Shown here piece after piece: positions 31,593-41,852 of a stretch of DNA of 64,000 nucleotides. Under the pieces are notes generated by a model. The model searched no databases, was not told where the DNA came from, and saw nothing but the letters and a program-made list of their open reading frames with translations. How positions within the stretch are numbered: position 1 is the stretch's first letter; each line of letters starts with the position of its first letter. The translations under genes and the position numbers were made by a program. Source of the DNA: an uncultured Actinomycetota bacterium (GTDB lineage: Bacteria; Actinomycetota; Actinomycetes; Propionibacteriales; Nocardioidaceae). Location: contig CAVOST010000007.1 of the NCBI GenBank assembly GCA_963698945.1, forward strand, positions 95,362-159,361, written 5' to 3'.

Positions 31593-32158
31593 CCTCGCGC
31601 GTGCTGGTGGTCGACCACTACGACTCCTACACCTGGAACCTGGTGCACCTGGTCGCAGCGGTCACCGGCGAGCTGCCGGAGGTCGCCCAGCACGACGCCC
31701 CCGACCTGCCCGGCCGGCTCGGCGAGTTCAGCCACGTCGTGCTCTCGCCGGGGCCCGGCCGGCCGACCGACCCCGCCGACTTCGCCCTGGGCCCGGACGT
31801 CTTCGAGCGCGGTCGACCCGTCCTCGGCGTCTGCCTGGGGATGCAGGCGCTCGTCACGTCGTACGGCGGGACGGTGGCACGCGTCGAACCGGCCCACGGC
31901 GAGGTCGCCGCCGTCACGCACGACGGAGTCGGCGTGCTGGCGGGGATCCCGTCGCCCTTCGACGCCGTCCGGTACCACTCGCTCGCCGCGGTCGCGGTGC
32001 CCGACGAGCTGGAGGTCACGGCCCGCGCCGACGGCGTGGTGATGGCCGTCCGGCACCGGCAGCTGCCGCTCGAGGGCGTGCAGTTCCACCCGGAGTCGAT
32101 CCTGTCGCGGTACGGCCACGAGATCGTCGCCAACTTCCTCGGGATCCGTCGTGGCTGA
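31589..32158 (+). CDS. pabA: Aminodeoxychorismate/anthranilate synthase component II (GATase)
   Basis: 'DHYDSYTWNL', 'SPGPG', 'GVCLGMQ', 'RYHSL', 'GVQFHPES'. Confidence 0.85.
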   Translation: MTSRVLVVDHYDSYTWNLVHLVAAVTGELPEVAQHDAPDLPGRLGEFSHVVLSPGPGRPTDPADFALGPDVFERGRPVLGVCLGMQALVTSYGGTVARVEPAHGEVAAVTHDGVGVLAGIPSPFDAVRYHSLAAVAVPDELEVTARADGVVMAVRHRQLPLEGVQFHPESILSRYGHEIVANFLGIRRG

Positions 32159-33435
32159 CCCCGTTCCTGGCGTCGTCGACGTCGTGCGCGACGGCTTCGC
32201 GCGCAGCGACCGCGTGTTCTGGCTGGACGGTGGCGGCTCGCGCAACTGGTCGGGCCGCCGCTCGCTGGTCGGCGTGCTCGCCGACGACGACGTCTCGCTG
32301 TCCTTCGACGCCGGCCGCCGCGAGGTCACCCGGCACCAGGGCGGCCGGGCGGAGGTCGTCGGCGACGACGTCTTCGGCGTGCTCGAGGAGGAGGTCGCCC
32401 GCGACGACGGCGACCCGGCCGTGCACTGGGTCGGCTGCTTCGGCTACGCCGCGCGCCCGGAGCTCCCCGCGAGGCCGTGGGGCGTCGGACCGGACGCGTC
32501 TGGATGCGCTCGCGGAACGTCCAGTTCTTCACCCACGAAGCGAGTCGGGTTCCTGAGGAAGGACGAAGTCCTCCCTCGAAGGGCCCGACCCACGGATTGG
32601 TACGCCGACGCCTTCGCCCGCGTCCAGGAGGAGCTGCACGCGGGCAACACCTACGAGGTCAACCTGACCTACCGCGACGAGCTCGGCCCGGCGGCCGACC
32701 CGCTCGAGACCTACCTCCGGCTGCGCGCCACCAACCCGGCGCCGTACGCCGGCCTGCTGCGCCACCGGGGCACCCACCTGCTCAGCAGCTCACCGGAGCG
32801 CTACGCCACCGTCGACGCCGGACCGGGTGCTGGAGACCCGTCCCATCAAGGGAACGACGCCGCGTGGTGCGACGGCCGAGGAGGACGAGCGGCTGCGGCA
32901 CCGGCTGGCCACCGACCCGAAGTACCGCGCCGAGAACCTGATGATCGTCGACCTGCTGCGCAACGACCTCTCGATGGTGTGCGAGGTCGGCTCGGTCGAG
33001 GTGCCGAGCCTGATGGCGGTGGAGTCCTACGCCACGGTGCACCAGCTCGTCTCGACCGTGCGCGGGCGCCTGCGTGACGACGTCTCCACGGTCGGCGCGC
33101 TGTGGGCACTGTTCCCCGCCGGGTCGATGACCGGCGCACCCAAGCTGCGGACGATGCAGGTCATCGACGCGGTCGAGGCGACGCCGAGGGGGCCGTACGC
33201 CGGCGCCTTCGGGTGGATCTGCGCCGACGGCCGGGCCGACCTCGGGGTGGTGATCCGTTCGCTCTACGCCGGCCCCGACGGCGTCTGGCGCCTCGGCACC
33301 GGCGGCGGCATCACGGTGCGCTCCGACGTGGACGAGGAGTGGGCGGAGACGCTGTGGAAAGCACAGCGTCTCCGCGCCTCCGCTGATCAGCTGACCCTGG
33401 AGCTGCTGAACCAGGGGTGGTGCAGGTCGAGGTAG
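32151..33435 (+). CDS. pabB: Aminodeoxychorismate synthase component I (several frameshifts; end approximate; carries in-frame repeat)
   Basis: 'AGNTYEVNLT', 'SSSPERY', 'PIKGT', 'AENLMIVDLLRNDL', 'FPAGSMTGAPK', 'GGGIT'. Confidence 0.8.
32547..32586 (+). repeat. Palindromic repeat family A, copy 2 (inside pabB)
   Basis: GGGTTCCTGAGGAAGGACGAAGTCCTCCCTCGAAGGGCCC; conserved ends, inner hairpin AGGAC-GAA-GTCCT. Confidence 0.88.
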
Positions 33436-33999
33436 GTCAGGTCCTGGACCTGGGACATCTCTTCCTGGAACTCCTGCTGGCGATCGGCCGGCATCTCCAT
33501 CTTCTCGCCCTCGCGGGCCTCTTCCTCGGTGCGGAAGGCGATGGTCTCCGTGAACGTGCCGTCCTCGGAGATCGCGACCGTGCCGCCCATGATGTCCGGG
33601 CGCGCCTCGGCGAGGGCGTCCATCGGCTGCTCCATGAACTTCCGGAACCGCTCCGGGTCCGAGAGCCGGCCCTGGATGATCTGCACGAAGCCTGCCTGCG
33701 TCCGACCCGCCGCCGAGGAACATCGTCACGTCGTCGCAGTCGTGGAAGGTGACCGGCCCGTCGAAGAGGGCGGACATGCGCTGCCACCAGTCACCCTGCT
33801 CGGGGCGCTGCGAGTTGCGCTCTGCCGCCTCCTTCGAGTCGAACCGCACCACGCCTACGAACTCGCCCGCGTCGGTGATGCCGTAGGTGCCCCCCAACCA
33901 GCCGTCGGCGCCCGGTCCGAGCTTCTCCACCCACTCGTCACCGATCGCGCGCATCTGGTCCGCGTCCTTGCAGTGGCCCTGGATGACCTGGATGAACAT
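33387..33999 (-). CDS. Hypothetical protein with two internal repeats (frameshift ~33700)
   Basis: Halves start 'MFIQVIQG' and 'FVQIIQG'; both contain 'GGT' and 'F.(S/T).E.A..'; GAGGAGG RBS. Confidence 0.7.
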
Positions 34000-34124
34000 C
34001 GCGTCCTCCTCACTCCGAGAAGCCGCTCCACCGCGGAGCGGTGCACCTTCGGACGCTACGCCGCCGAGTCGGCCGTGTCACCGCCACGAATCGGACCACT
34101 TTGAGGCTGGTCCTTGACGCGGGC

Positions 34125-35418
34125 TCAGCTGTTCTGGTTCCCCTTGTCGGAGCCGAGCACGGCGGTGGTGGTCGAGGTCTTGCCGTCGCGCTGGTAGGTG
34201 ATGGTGACCTTGTCGTCGGGTCGGTGACCGCGGACGGTGGCGACCAGCGACTCCGAGCCGTCGACGACCTGGTCGTCGACCTTGACGATCACGTCGCCCT
34301 TCTCCAGGCCGGCCTTGTCGGCCGCGCCGCCCGGACTGGACCGACTGGATCGTCGCACCCTGGGTGAGGGTCTTGCCGTCCGCGTCGGAGACCTCGACAC
34401 CGAGTCGCGCGTGGGTGGGCGTCTCGTGGTCGGTGATCTGGTTGACGATCGGGAGCACCTCGTCGACGGGGATCGCGAAGCCGAGGCCGATCGAGCCGCC
34501 GGACTCGGTGCTGCCGCTGCTCGCCGTACGGATGGAGGAGTTGATGCCGACCACGCGTCCGGAGAGGTCCACCAGCGCGCCGCCGGAGTTGCCGGGGTTG
34601 ATCGCCGCGTCGGTCTGGATCGCCGGGTAGGTCGTGCTCGAGGTCTGGCCCTGGCTCTCGCCCTGCTGCCCGAAGGGGTCGACGCCGCCGCCGCCGTCCG
34701 ACTCCTCGCTCGAGACCGAGACCGGGCGGTTCAGCGCGCTCACGATGCCGGAGGTGACGGTGGCGTTGAGGCCGAACGGCGAGCCCACGGCGACCACGGA
34801 CTGGCCCACCCTGAGGTCGCCGGACTTGCCCAGCGCCGCCGGGGTCAGGTCGGAGACGCCCTCGGCCTTGATCACCGCGATGTCGGTCATCGGGTCGGTG
34901 CCGATGATGGTCGCCTTCTTGGTGGTGCCGTCGTTGAAGTTCACCGAGATCGTCCCGTTGTCGCCGGCGAGGGCGACGACGTGGTTGTTGGTCACGATCT
35001 CGCCGTCCTTGCTCAGCACGATGCCCGAGCCCGACCCGGCCTGGCTGTCGCTGGAGACGTTCACCTTCACCACGGAGGGAAGGACCGTGTTGGCCACCTT
35101 CTCCACGGTGCCGTCCTGCACGACGGAGGTCTTGGTCGCCTGGAAGTCGCCGGCGGTGTTCGTCGAGCCCGACGAGCCGGACTCGTCGTTGAGAGCGGAG
35201 TACGCCGCTGCGCCGCCCACGCCGGCTGCTCCGCCGAGGAGCAGGGCGCCGGCCAGGACGCCGGCGGTGAGGGTGGTGCGCCGGGCACGCGGCTCGGTCG
35301 GTGTGACCTGGGTGGCCTGCGTGGTCGGGTAGTACGGCGGGAGGGGCCGGGTGTACTCCTCGTCGGCCGGCGCGGGTTGCTGCGAGGGGCCGAAGACAGG
35401 CTGGTTTTCGTCATCCAT
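34125..35418 (-). CDS. HtrA-like membrane serine protease with PDZ (PepD-like; frameshift ~34340)
   Basis: 'TNNHV', 'DIAVIK', 'QTDAAINPGNSGG', PDZ C-terminus; downstream of mprAB. Confidence 0.9.
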
Positions 35419-35462
35419 GCCGCGAGTCTTGCTCGCGATCCTGAAGAGATGCCGTGAACTCG

Positions 35463-36857
35463 TTACGACCGTGCCAAGACCTCGGGCGGCGCCGGCGTGC
35501 CCGGCACCTCGAACCAGAACCTGGCGCCGCCGTCGGGTCCCTTGCCGGCGCGCGCACTGCCTCCGTGGCGGTCGGCGACCGCCTTCACGATCGAGAGGCC
35601 GAGGCCGGATCCCGGCATCGTGCGGGACTCCGCGGACCGGTAGAACCGGTCGAACACGTGGGGCAGGTCGCCCTCGGGGATCCCGTCGCCCTCGTCGGTC
35701 ACCATCACCGTGCCGCGACTGAGCTCGACCTTCACGCGCCCGCCCGGCGGGCTCCACTTGGCGGCGTTGTCGAGCAGGTTGGTGATGGCCCGCTCGAGGG
35801 CGTTCGGGTCGCCGGTGACCCACCACGGCTCGGTGTGGACGTCGAACTCCACGGTCGTCGTACGTCGCCGTACGCGGGTGACGGCCTGCGTCACGACCGC
35901 CGCGAGCTCGACCGGCTCGACCGACGTGGTGGCCGGTCCCTCGCGGGCCAGCTCGACCAGGTCGCCGATCAGCGTCGTCATCTCCGAGATCTGGGCGCGG
36001 ACGTCGGCCATCAGCTCACGACGCGAGGCCGCGGTGAGCGCGGTCGAGCTGTCGGCCTGGGCCAGCAGGTCGAGATTGGTGCGCAGCGAGGTGAGCGGTG
36101 TGCGCAGCTCGTGGCCCGCGTCGGCCACCAGCTGGCGCTGGCGGGCCTGGGAGGCGGCCAGGGCAGTCAGCATCGCGTTGAAGGCCACGGCGAGCCGGGC
36201 CACCTCGTCGTTGCCCTCGACGGGGATCGGCTCGAGGCGCTCGGTGCGGGCGATCTCCTCGACGGCTGTGGTGAGGCGTCGGACCGGCCGGAGACCGTTG
36301 CGGGCCACTGCCCAGCCGGCCAGGCCGGCCGAGATCATCCCGGCCAGGCCGAAGAACAGCATCACCAGCCCCAGCCGGTCGAGCATCTGCTGGGTCGGCG
36401 CCAGTGACTGCGCGAGGATCAGCGCCTCTCCCCGGTCGGCGGGGACGGCCACGACGCGGAACTGCTCGCCCCCGATGGTCACGGTCCGCGCCGACCAGTC
36501 GTCACGGCCCTCGGCGACTCGGAACTCGGGAGACCCGATCGTCGCCGCCGCGTTGCGACTGCCGCCGCGGATGGTCTGGTCGAAGGCGTTGAGGAACATG
36601 ATCTTCACGTCGGCCGCGCCCAGCGCCCACGGCGGGATCTCCTGGCTGGAGAGGGCATCGAGGGTGTCGGCGTGAGCGGCCTGGGCGGCGCGGGTGTGCA
36701 ACGAGGAGTCGAGCGACTCCATCGACTGCATCCGGACGGTGGCGTAGGCGGCGAAGGCCACGACCGTCACGGCGAGGCCCACCGCCATGGTGGTGAGGAG
36801 GGTGACGCGGCTGGCGAGCGAGTGACGGTACTTCTGCGGGACGAGTCGCAGGGCCAT
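35463..36857 (-). CDS. mprB: Sensor histidine kinase (MprB-like)
   Basis: HAMP; 'DAGHELRTPLTSLRTN', 'NLLDNAAKWSP', 'GSGLGLSIV'. Confidence 0.82.
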   Translation of the reverse strand: MALRLVPQKYRHSLASRVTLLTTMAVGLAVTVVAFAAYATVRMQSMESLDSSLHTRAAQAAHADTLDALSSQEIPPWALGAADVKIMFLNAFDQTIRGGSRNAAATIGSPEFRVAEGRDDWSARTVTIGGEQFRVVAVPADRGEALILAQSLAPTQQMLDRLGLVMLFFGLAGMISAGLAGWAVARNGLRPVRRLTTAVEEIARTERLEPIPVEGNDEVARLAVAFNAMLTALAASQARQRQLVADAGHELRTPLTSLRTNLDLLAQADSSTALTAASRRELMADVRAQISEMTTLIGDLVELAREGPATTSVEPVELAAVVTQAVTRVRRRTTTVEFDVHTEPWWVTGDPNALERAITNLLDNAAKWSPPGGRVKVELSRGTVMVTDEGDGIPEGDLPHVFDRFYRSAESRTMPGSGLGLSIVKAVADRHGGSARAGKGPDGGARFWFEVPGTPAPPEVLARS

Positions 36858-36901
36858 GCTGTTCCGGGTCCGGTCCCGCGTGTCGATGGGTGGCGCAGGC
36901 C

Positions 36902-37615
36902 TCACGACGCCTCGCGGAGGACGTAGCCGACACCGCGCACGGTGTGGATCAGTCGCGGCTCGCCCTCCGCCTCGGTCTTGCGACGCAGGTAGCCGACGTA
37001 CACCTCGAGGCTGTTGGCGGTCGTGGGGAAGTCGAAGCCCCAGACCTCCTCGAGGATGAACGACCTCTCGAGCACGCGCCGGGGACGGCGCAGGAACAGC
37101 TCGAGCAGCGTGAACTCGGTGCGGGTCAGCTCGATGAGCCGGTTGCCGCGGCGGACCTCGCGCGAGGCGAGGTCGACGGTGAGGTCGGCGAAGGCCAGGT
37201 GCTCGTCGGGGTCTCCCGGCGCGGTGGAGACGCGGCGGAGCAGCGCGCGCACGCGGGCGAGCAGCTCCTCGAGCGCGAACGGCTTGGTGAGGTAGTCGTC
37301 CGCGCCGGCGTCCAGTCCTTCGACGCGGTCCCCGACGGCGTCGCGCGCGGTCAGCACCAGGATCGGCACGCTGTTGCCGACCTTGCGCAGGGCGCGCGTC
37401 GTCTCCAGGCCGTCCAGGCGCGGCATCATCACGTCCATCACGACGGCGTCGGGGTTGATCCCGCCGATGCCCGCGAGCGCCTCCGCCCCGTCGGAGGCCG
37501 TCGAGACGCGGTAGCCGTTGAACTCCAGCGACCGTCGCAGCGACTCGCGCACCGCGCGGTCGTCCTCGACGACGAGTACGTGCTGGGTCGTTCCACTCTC
37601 GTCGCCGGCGCTCAC
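36902..37615 (-). CDS. mprA: OmpR-family response regulator (MprA-like)
   Basis: '[15 protein letters not shown]', 'DVMMP', '[10 protein letters not shown]', '[13 protein letters not shown]'. Confidence 0.85.
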   Translation of the reverse strand: MSAGDESGTTQHVLVVEDDRAVRESLRRSLEFNGYRVSTASDGAEALAGIGGINPDAVVMDVMMPRLDGLETTRALRKVGNSVPILVLTARDAVGDRVEGLDAGADDYLTKPFALEELLARVRALLRRVSTAPGDPDEHLAFADLTVDLASREVRRGNRLIELTRTEFTLLELFLRRPRRVLERSFILEEVWGFDFPTTANSLEVYVGYLRRKTEAEGEPRLIHTVRGVGYVLREAS

Positions 37616-37637
37616 GCCCCAAGGGTGCCACTAGGAA

Positions 37638-37654
37638 CTGAGCAATCGCTGAGT
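37638..37654 (-). promoter_or_regulatory. Candidate MprA box (CTCAG direct repeat, 11-bp period)
   Basis: Minus strand ACTCAG-CGATT-GCTCAG just upstream of mprA; resembles the mycobacterial TCTCAG repeats. Confidence 0.55.
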
Positions 37655-37682
37655 TCAGCGCACAACTTCGATGAGCGGCGCC

Positions 37683-37856
37683 TCAGGCGTCGGCAGCCAG
37701 CGCCTCGAGCACCCTCCCCTCGAGGGCCTCGGTGAGGAAGCTCGCGACCTCCTCACGTTCGCGGCGCAGGCCGGCCAGCTCGAGGGTCGCCTCCTGGGCG
37801 TTCGCGAGCGCACGACCCGAGCCACTCCACTGCGTCATCGCTTCCCATACCGACAT
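37683..37856 (-). CDS. Small 57-aa hypothetical protein (not in ORF track)
   Basis: MSVWEAMTQWSGSGRALANAQEATLELAGLRREREEVASFLTEALEGRVLEALAADA; GGGAGG RBS; AT-rich upstream region. Confidence 0.65.
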   Translation of the reverse strand: MSVWEAMTQWSGSGRALANAQEATLELAGLRREREEVASFLTEALEGRVLEALAADA

Positions 37857-37949
37857 GCTGCCTCCCGATCACGATGAATCTAGAGTAAGCATAGCGAATA
37901 AATAGGCTTTCACGCCAGCACTGTTTCGGGACGACCCACGTACCTCATC

Positions 37950-38813
37950 TCAGGCGCGGAGGGCGCGCTCGGCGGCCTCGGCGGCCTTGGAGCCGTAGTG
38001 GCCGCCGAACATCGCGGCGTGCACCAGCAGCGGGAAGAGCTGGTGGAGTGGCTGGCGCTCCTCCCAGCCGTCGGCCAGCTCGGTCTCGTCGCGGTAGGCG
38101 TCGACCAGACGTTGCAGGTGGGGTACGCCGAACAGCGCGAGCATCGCGAGGTCGGTCTCCCGGTGACCGCCGTGGGCCGCGGGGTCGATCAGGGTGCCGT
38201 GCTCGGTCGACCAGACGATGTTGCCCGACCACAGGTCGCCGTGGATGCGCGCGGGCGGCTCCTCCGGTCCGGCGAGGTCGGTGAGCTTGCCGATCACCGA
38301 CTCCACGATGTCGGCGTCGCCGGACTCGATGTGCTTCCGGTCGGCCGCCAGCTTGAGGTAGGGCAGCACCCGTCTCGTCGCGTAGAACTCGGGCCACGTG
38401 GGGGCGGTCCGGTTCGGCAGCGGCAGCGTGCCGATGAAGCCGTCCTCCTCGGCGCCGAACATCTCGGCCCCGCTCGCGTGCAGCCGCGCCAGTGCCCGGC
38501 CCAGGTCGGTGGCGGTCTCCGCGGTGGGCTTGGTGGGTTCGACCCAGCGCAGCACGAGGCAGTCGTGGTCGGCCGCCATCACCTCGACGACGGGCGCGAC
38601 GCCGGGTTCGGCCAGCCAGCGCAGGCCGCGCGCCTCCGCCTCGAAGAACCCCTCGGGTGCTGCGGCTCGCGTCTTGACCAGTGCCGAACCGCCGTCGCTG
38701 AGCCGCACCCGCGTCGACGTGCAGACGTCGCCGCCGGCCACCGGAGTGGTGGCCACGACGGCCTGGCCGAGCAGCTGCTCCACCCGGTCGGCGATCCCGC
38801 GCATCCGCGCCAC
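37950..38813 (-). CDS. Fructosamine kinase family protein
   Basis: 'FEAEARGLRWL', 'IHGDLWSGN', 'LIDPAAHGGHRETDLAML'. Confidence 0.9.
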   Translation of the reverse strand: MARMRGIADRVEQLLGQAVVATTPVAGGDVCTSTRVRLSDGGSALVKTRAAAPEGFFEAEARGLRWLAEPGVAPVVEVMAADHDCLVLRWVEPTKPTAETATDLGRALARLHASGAEMFGAEEDGFIGTLPLPNRTAPTWPEFYATRRVLPYLKLAADRKHIESGDADIVESVIGKLTDLAGPEEPPARIHGDLWSGNIVWSTEHGTLIDPAAHGGHRETDLAMLALFGVPHLQRLVDAYRDETELADGWEERQPLHQLFPLLVHAAMFGGHYGSKAAEAAERALRA

Positions 38814-38891
38814 ACCCGCCAGCCTGCCGTGCCCGGGCACGTCGCGCCAGCGAGAACGCCCCGGAGACCAGACCAGCGCGGGACGGCCCGG

Positions 38892-39463
38892 TCAGCGGCG
38901 GCCGAGGTGGGCGAGCAGCCGGGTGCCGGTCGAGGCGGTCGGGGGGACCTCCCGTGCGGGACCGAACCGGCGACCTCGTTCGGAGGGCGTCACCACCGCC
39001 AGCGCGACGTCGTACAGCCTGACGGCGAGGTCCTCCGGCAGCGGCCTGGGGCGGCCGACGGCCTCGGCCACGTCCCACCCGTGCACCGCGATCTCGAGGG
39101 CGCCGACGAGGACGAGCGTGTCGCGGCCGAGGGTGAGGTCGCCGACGGCGACCGGCGCCGAGGTGAGGCGTTCCAGCCACGCGCTGCGGGTGGCGCAGGC
39201 GCGCTGGACGATGCGGTCGACGATGCGGTCACTGCCACTGCGTTGGGGCTGGTCCTCGACGGCGACGTGGCCGAGCTCGGCGGCCTCGCCGATCGCCTCG
39301 AGCGAGTCCTCCATGTGCAGCAGGCAGGTGGCCGAGGTCCCAGTCGGCGCAGGGTGTCGGGACGGTCAGGGGGCTGATCCGGGCGTGCTGCAGCACGGTG
39401 TGGGTGTAGGCGACGGCACTGTCCAGCACCGCCACCGAGGCGCGGCGGCGAGGTGGTGGTCAT
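38892..39463 (-). CDS. TIGR03086/MDMPI (DinB superfamily) metal-binding protein (frameshifted)
   Basis: 'PTPCADWDLGHL..HM', 'EIAVHGWDVA', 'LLAHLGR'. Confidence 0.75.
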
Positions 39464-39466
39464 GTC

Positions 39467-40495
39467 TCAGGCCGGCGAGGAGGGCTCGTACGACGCAGGC
39501 AGGCAGGCGGGCAGTCCGAACGTCTCGAACAGCCGCTTGTCGAAGAAGGCGCCCACGTGGGTGACGCTTGCCCGTCGACGATCTGCAGCACCTGCAGGTG
39601 GAACGGCTCGAAGTGCCCGTCGGGCTGGCGCATGTAGAGGCCGTACGCCGGCTGGCCGTTGGCCGTTCGTGCGGAGCATCGGCATGTCGTGGACACCGCC
39701 GGGGCACTGGGTGTCGATCAGCTCGGCGATGTTCTCCACGCCGGCGTACCAGCCGGTGAACGGCGGCATCTCCCAGACGGCGTCGTGGGCCAGCATCGTG
39801 ACCAGCGAGTTGACGTCCTTGTCCCAGAACGCCTGCACGTAGCGGTCGAGCATCGACTCGAGCTCGGGCGTCAGCTCGTCCTCGACGGTGCCCTGGGTCA
39901 GCTGCTTCTCGGCGAGCTGTGCGTGGGCACGCTGCAGTGCACTGTTGACCGCCGCGACGGTGGTCTCCAGAGCCGTCGCGGTCTCCTTGGCCGACCACCG
40001 CAGCACGTCGCGCAGGACGAGGACCGCGCGCTGCCGGGGTGGCAGGTGCTGCAGGGCGGCGACGAACGCCAGCCGGATCGAGTCGCGGTTGCCGACCACC
40101 TGGGCCGGGTCGACGTTGGCCATGTCGACCATGACGTCCGGCACCGGCTCGAGCCAGGGCACCTCGGTCGCCTCGACCAGCTCGTCGCGGGCCTGCGCGC
40201 CCGGCATGCCGAGCCCGGTCGGCAATGGACGCCGGCCCTTGTTCTCCAGGTTGGTCAGGCACACGTTGGTGGCGATGCGGTAGAGCCACGTGCGGACCGA
40301 GGAACGGCCCTCGAAGTCGTCGTAGGCCCGCCAGGCGCGCAGGTAGGTCTCCTGGACCATGTCCTCGGCGTCGTACACCGACCCCGTCATGCGGTAGCAG
40401 TGCGCCGTGAGCTCGCGGCGGTACTGGTCGGCCATCTGCGGGAAGTCGGCCGGTGTCGGCGCGGCCTCGGTCTGGCTGGTGTCGAGCTGCGTCAT
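39467..40495 (-). CDS. ECF sigma factor with SnoaL-like C-terminal domain (SigG/ECF56 type; 3' frameshifts)
   Basis: 'ELTAHCYRMTGS..DAED', 'WLYRIATN', 'WLEPVPD', 'LRDVLRWSA', 'WEMPP'. Confidence 0.85.
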   Translation of the reverse strand: MTQLDTSQTEAAPTPADFPQMADQYRRELTAHCYRMTGSVYDAEDMVQETYLRAWRAYDDFEGRSSVRTWLYRIATNVCLTNLENKGRRPLPTGLGMPGAQARDELVEATEVPWLEPVPDVMVDMANVDPAQVVGNRDSIRLAFVAALQHLPPRQRAVLVLRDVLRWSAKETATALETTVAAVNSALQRAHAQLAEKQLTQGTVEDELTPELESMLDRYVQAFWDKDVNSLVTMLAHDAVWEMPPFTGWYAGVENIAELIDTQCPGGVHDMPMLRTNGQRPAGVRPLHAPARRALRAVPPAGAADRRRASVTHVGAFFDKRLFETFGLPACLPASYEPSSPA

Positions 40496-40528
40496 GAGTG
40501 CTCCTCGGGTCCCAACTGTAGGCACCGG

Positions 40529-40559
40529 TACCGACCACTGGCGACGCCGGAACTCATCG
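40529..40559 (-). promoter_or_regulatory. SigG-type autoregulatory promoter
   Basis: Minus strand CGATGA-N18-GTCGGTA; matches the reported M. tuberculosis SigG consensus CGATGA(N18)GTCNNTA (recalled). Confidence 0.7.
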
Positions 40560-40564
40560 GTGCC

Positions 40565-41074
40565 TCACAGATCGAGGGTCTCGAGCTCCGTGAGCAGCCG
40601 GTTGCAGGTGCGCTCGACGATCGCGACCACCTCGGCGAAACCCTCGTCACCGCCGTAGAAGGGGTCGGGGACGTCGAGGTCCTCGCCGGCCGCGCCGTCG
40701 GGCAGCACCGGGTCGAAGGACCGGAACATCCGGACCCGCTCCGACTCGCCGGCACCCTCGGTGATGTCGACCAGGTTCTTCGCGTCCATCGCGAGGACGA
40801 GGTCCTTGTCGAGCCAGTCCGGCGTGAACTTCTGGGCCAGGTGGCCCGACGGGTCGTGGCCCTCGGCCAGCAGCGCCGCCGCCGCCCGTGGGTCCATCGG
40901 CTCGCCGAGGTGCCAGGTCCCCGTCCCGCAGCTGGACACCGAGACCTTCCCGGCCAGCCCGGCGAGGTCGACGAGGTCGGTGAGGATCACGTCGGCCATC
41001 GGGGAGCGGCAGATGTTGCCCAGGCAGACGAACCCGATCCGGTACGGCGTCCCGGTCGGTGCGGGCAGGGTCAT
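40565..41074 (-). CDS. Low-molecular-weight protein-tyrosine phosphatase
   Basis: 'VCLGNICRSP', 'VPDPFYG'; ATGA overlap with FHA gene. Confidence 0.92.
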   Translation of the reverse strand: MTLPAPTGTPYRIGFVCLGNICRSPMADVILTDLVDLAGLAGKVSVSSCGTGTWHLGEPMDPRAAAALLAEGHDPSGHLAQKFTPDWLDKDLVLAMDAKNLVDITEGAGESERVRMFRSFDPVLPDGAAGEDLDVPDPFYGGDEGFAEVVAIVERTCNRLLTELETLDL

Positions 41075-41809
41075 GACCCGTGGCCGGCCTTCTCCTCGGG
41101 CGTGGCCCGTCGCACGACGAGCCTGGTCCACGTCCCGACGTAGACGCGGTCGTCCTCCCCGAGCTCGCGTCGCTGCCCCGGGGGCACCGGCGTGGTCGGC
41201 AGCGGCCCGCTGGCCGGCGCGACGAAGGTGCCGTTGGAGGACTGGAGGTCCTCGACCCACCAGCGCTGCCCGTCCGTGGTCAGCTGCGCCTGTCGACGGC
41301 TGACGCCGGTGTCGCTGCTGCAGTCGACGTCGGGGTGGATGTTGCGGCTCTTCGACGGCCGCCCGACGAGGACGCTCTGCGAGGTCAGCGGCACGACGAC
41401 GGGCAGCCCCGGCGACGGGCACGGGTCGTCGCTGTTCTGCACGGCGTACCAGTCCGGGTCGACCCACAGCTCGACGACCCACTCGGGTGCGATCGGAGCC
41501 GACAACGAACCGGGGAGTGGCCGCGGGCGCCGGCGCCGGCGCGCTCACCGCCGCGGTGGCGTCCGGGGGACGGGGCAGGCTGCCGGTCGTGAAGTCGTAG
41601 CCGCAGGCCTCGCAGAACAGGGCGGTCGCCGCGCTCGGCGTACCGCAGTTGGGGCAGTCCTGGGTCGCGGGAGCCTCCGGTGCCGCCGTGCCGAGCAGCG
41701 TCGTACCCGACTCGCCGCTGGAGCTGCCGGCAGGGATCGGCACGCCACAGACGTCGCAGTAGTCGCTGGACGTGGACTCGTGCCCCTGCGGACAGGTGAA
41801 CGTGCTCAT
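41071..41809 (-). CDS. Double zinc ribbon plus FHA domain protein (frameshift ~41500)
   Basis: 'CPQGH..DYCDVCG', 'CPNC..FCEACG'; FHA 'VGR..VSRRQA..DLQSSNGT'. Confidence 0.85.
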
Positions 41810-41852
41810 GCAACCTGCCGGGGGCGGCGCGGGGGAACGGCGTTGGTCGTGG

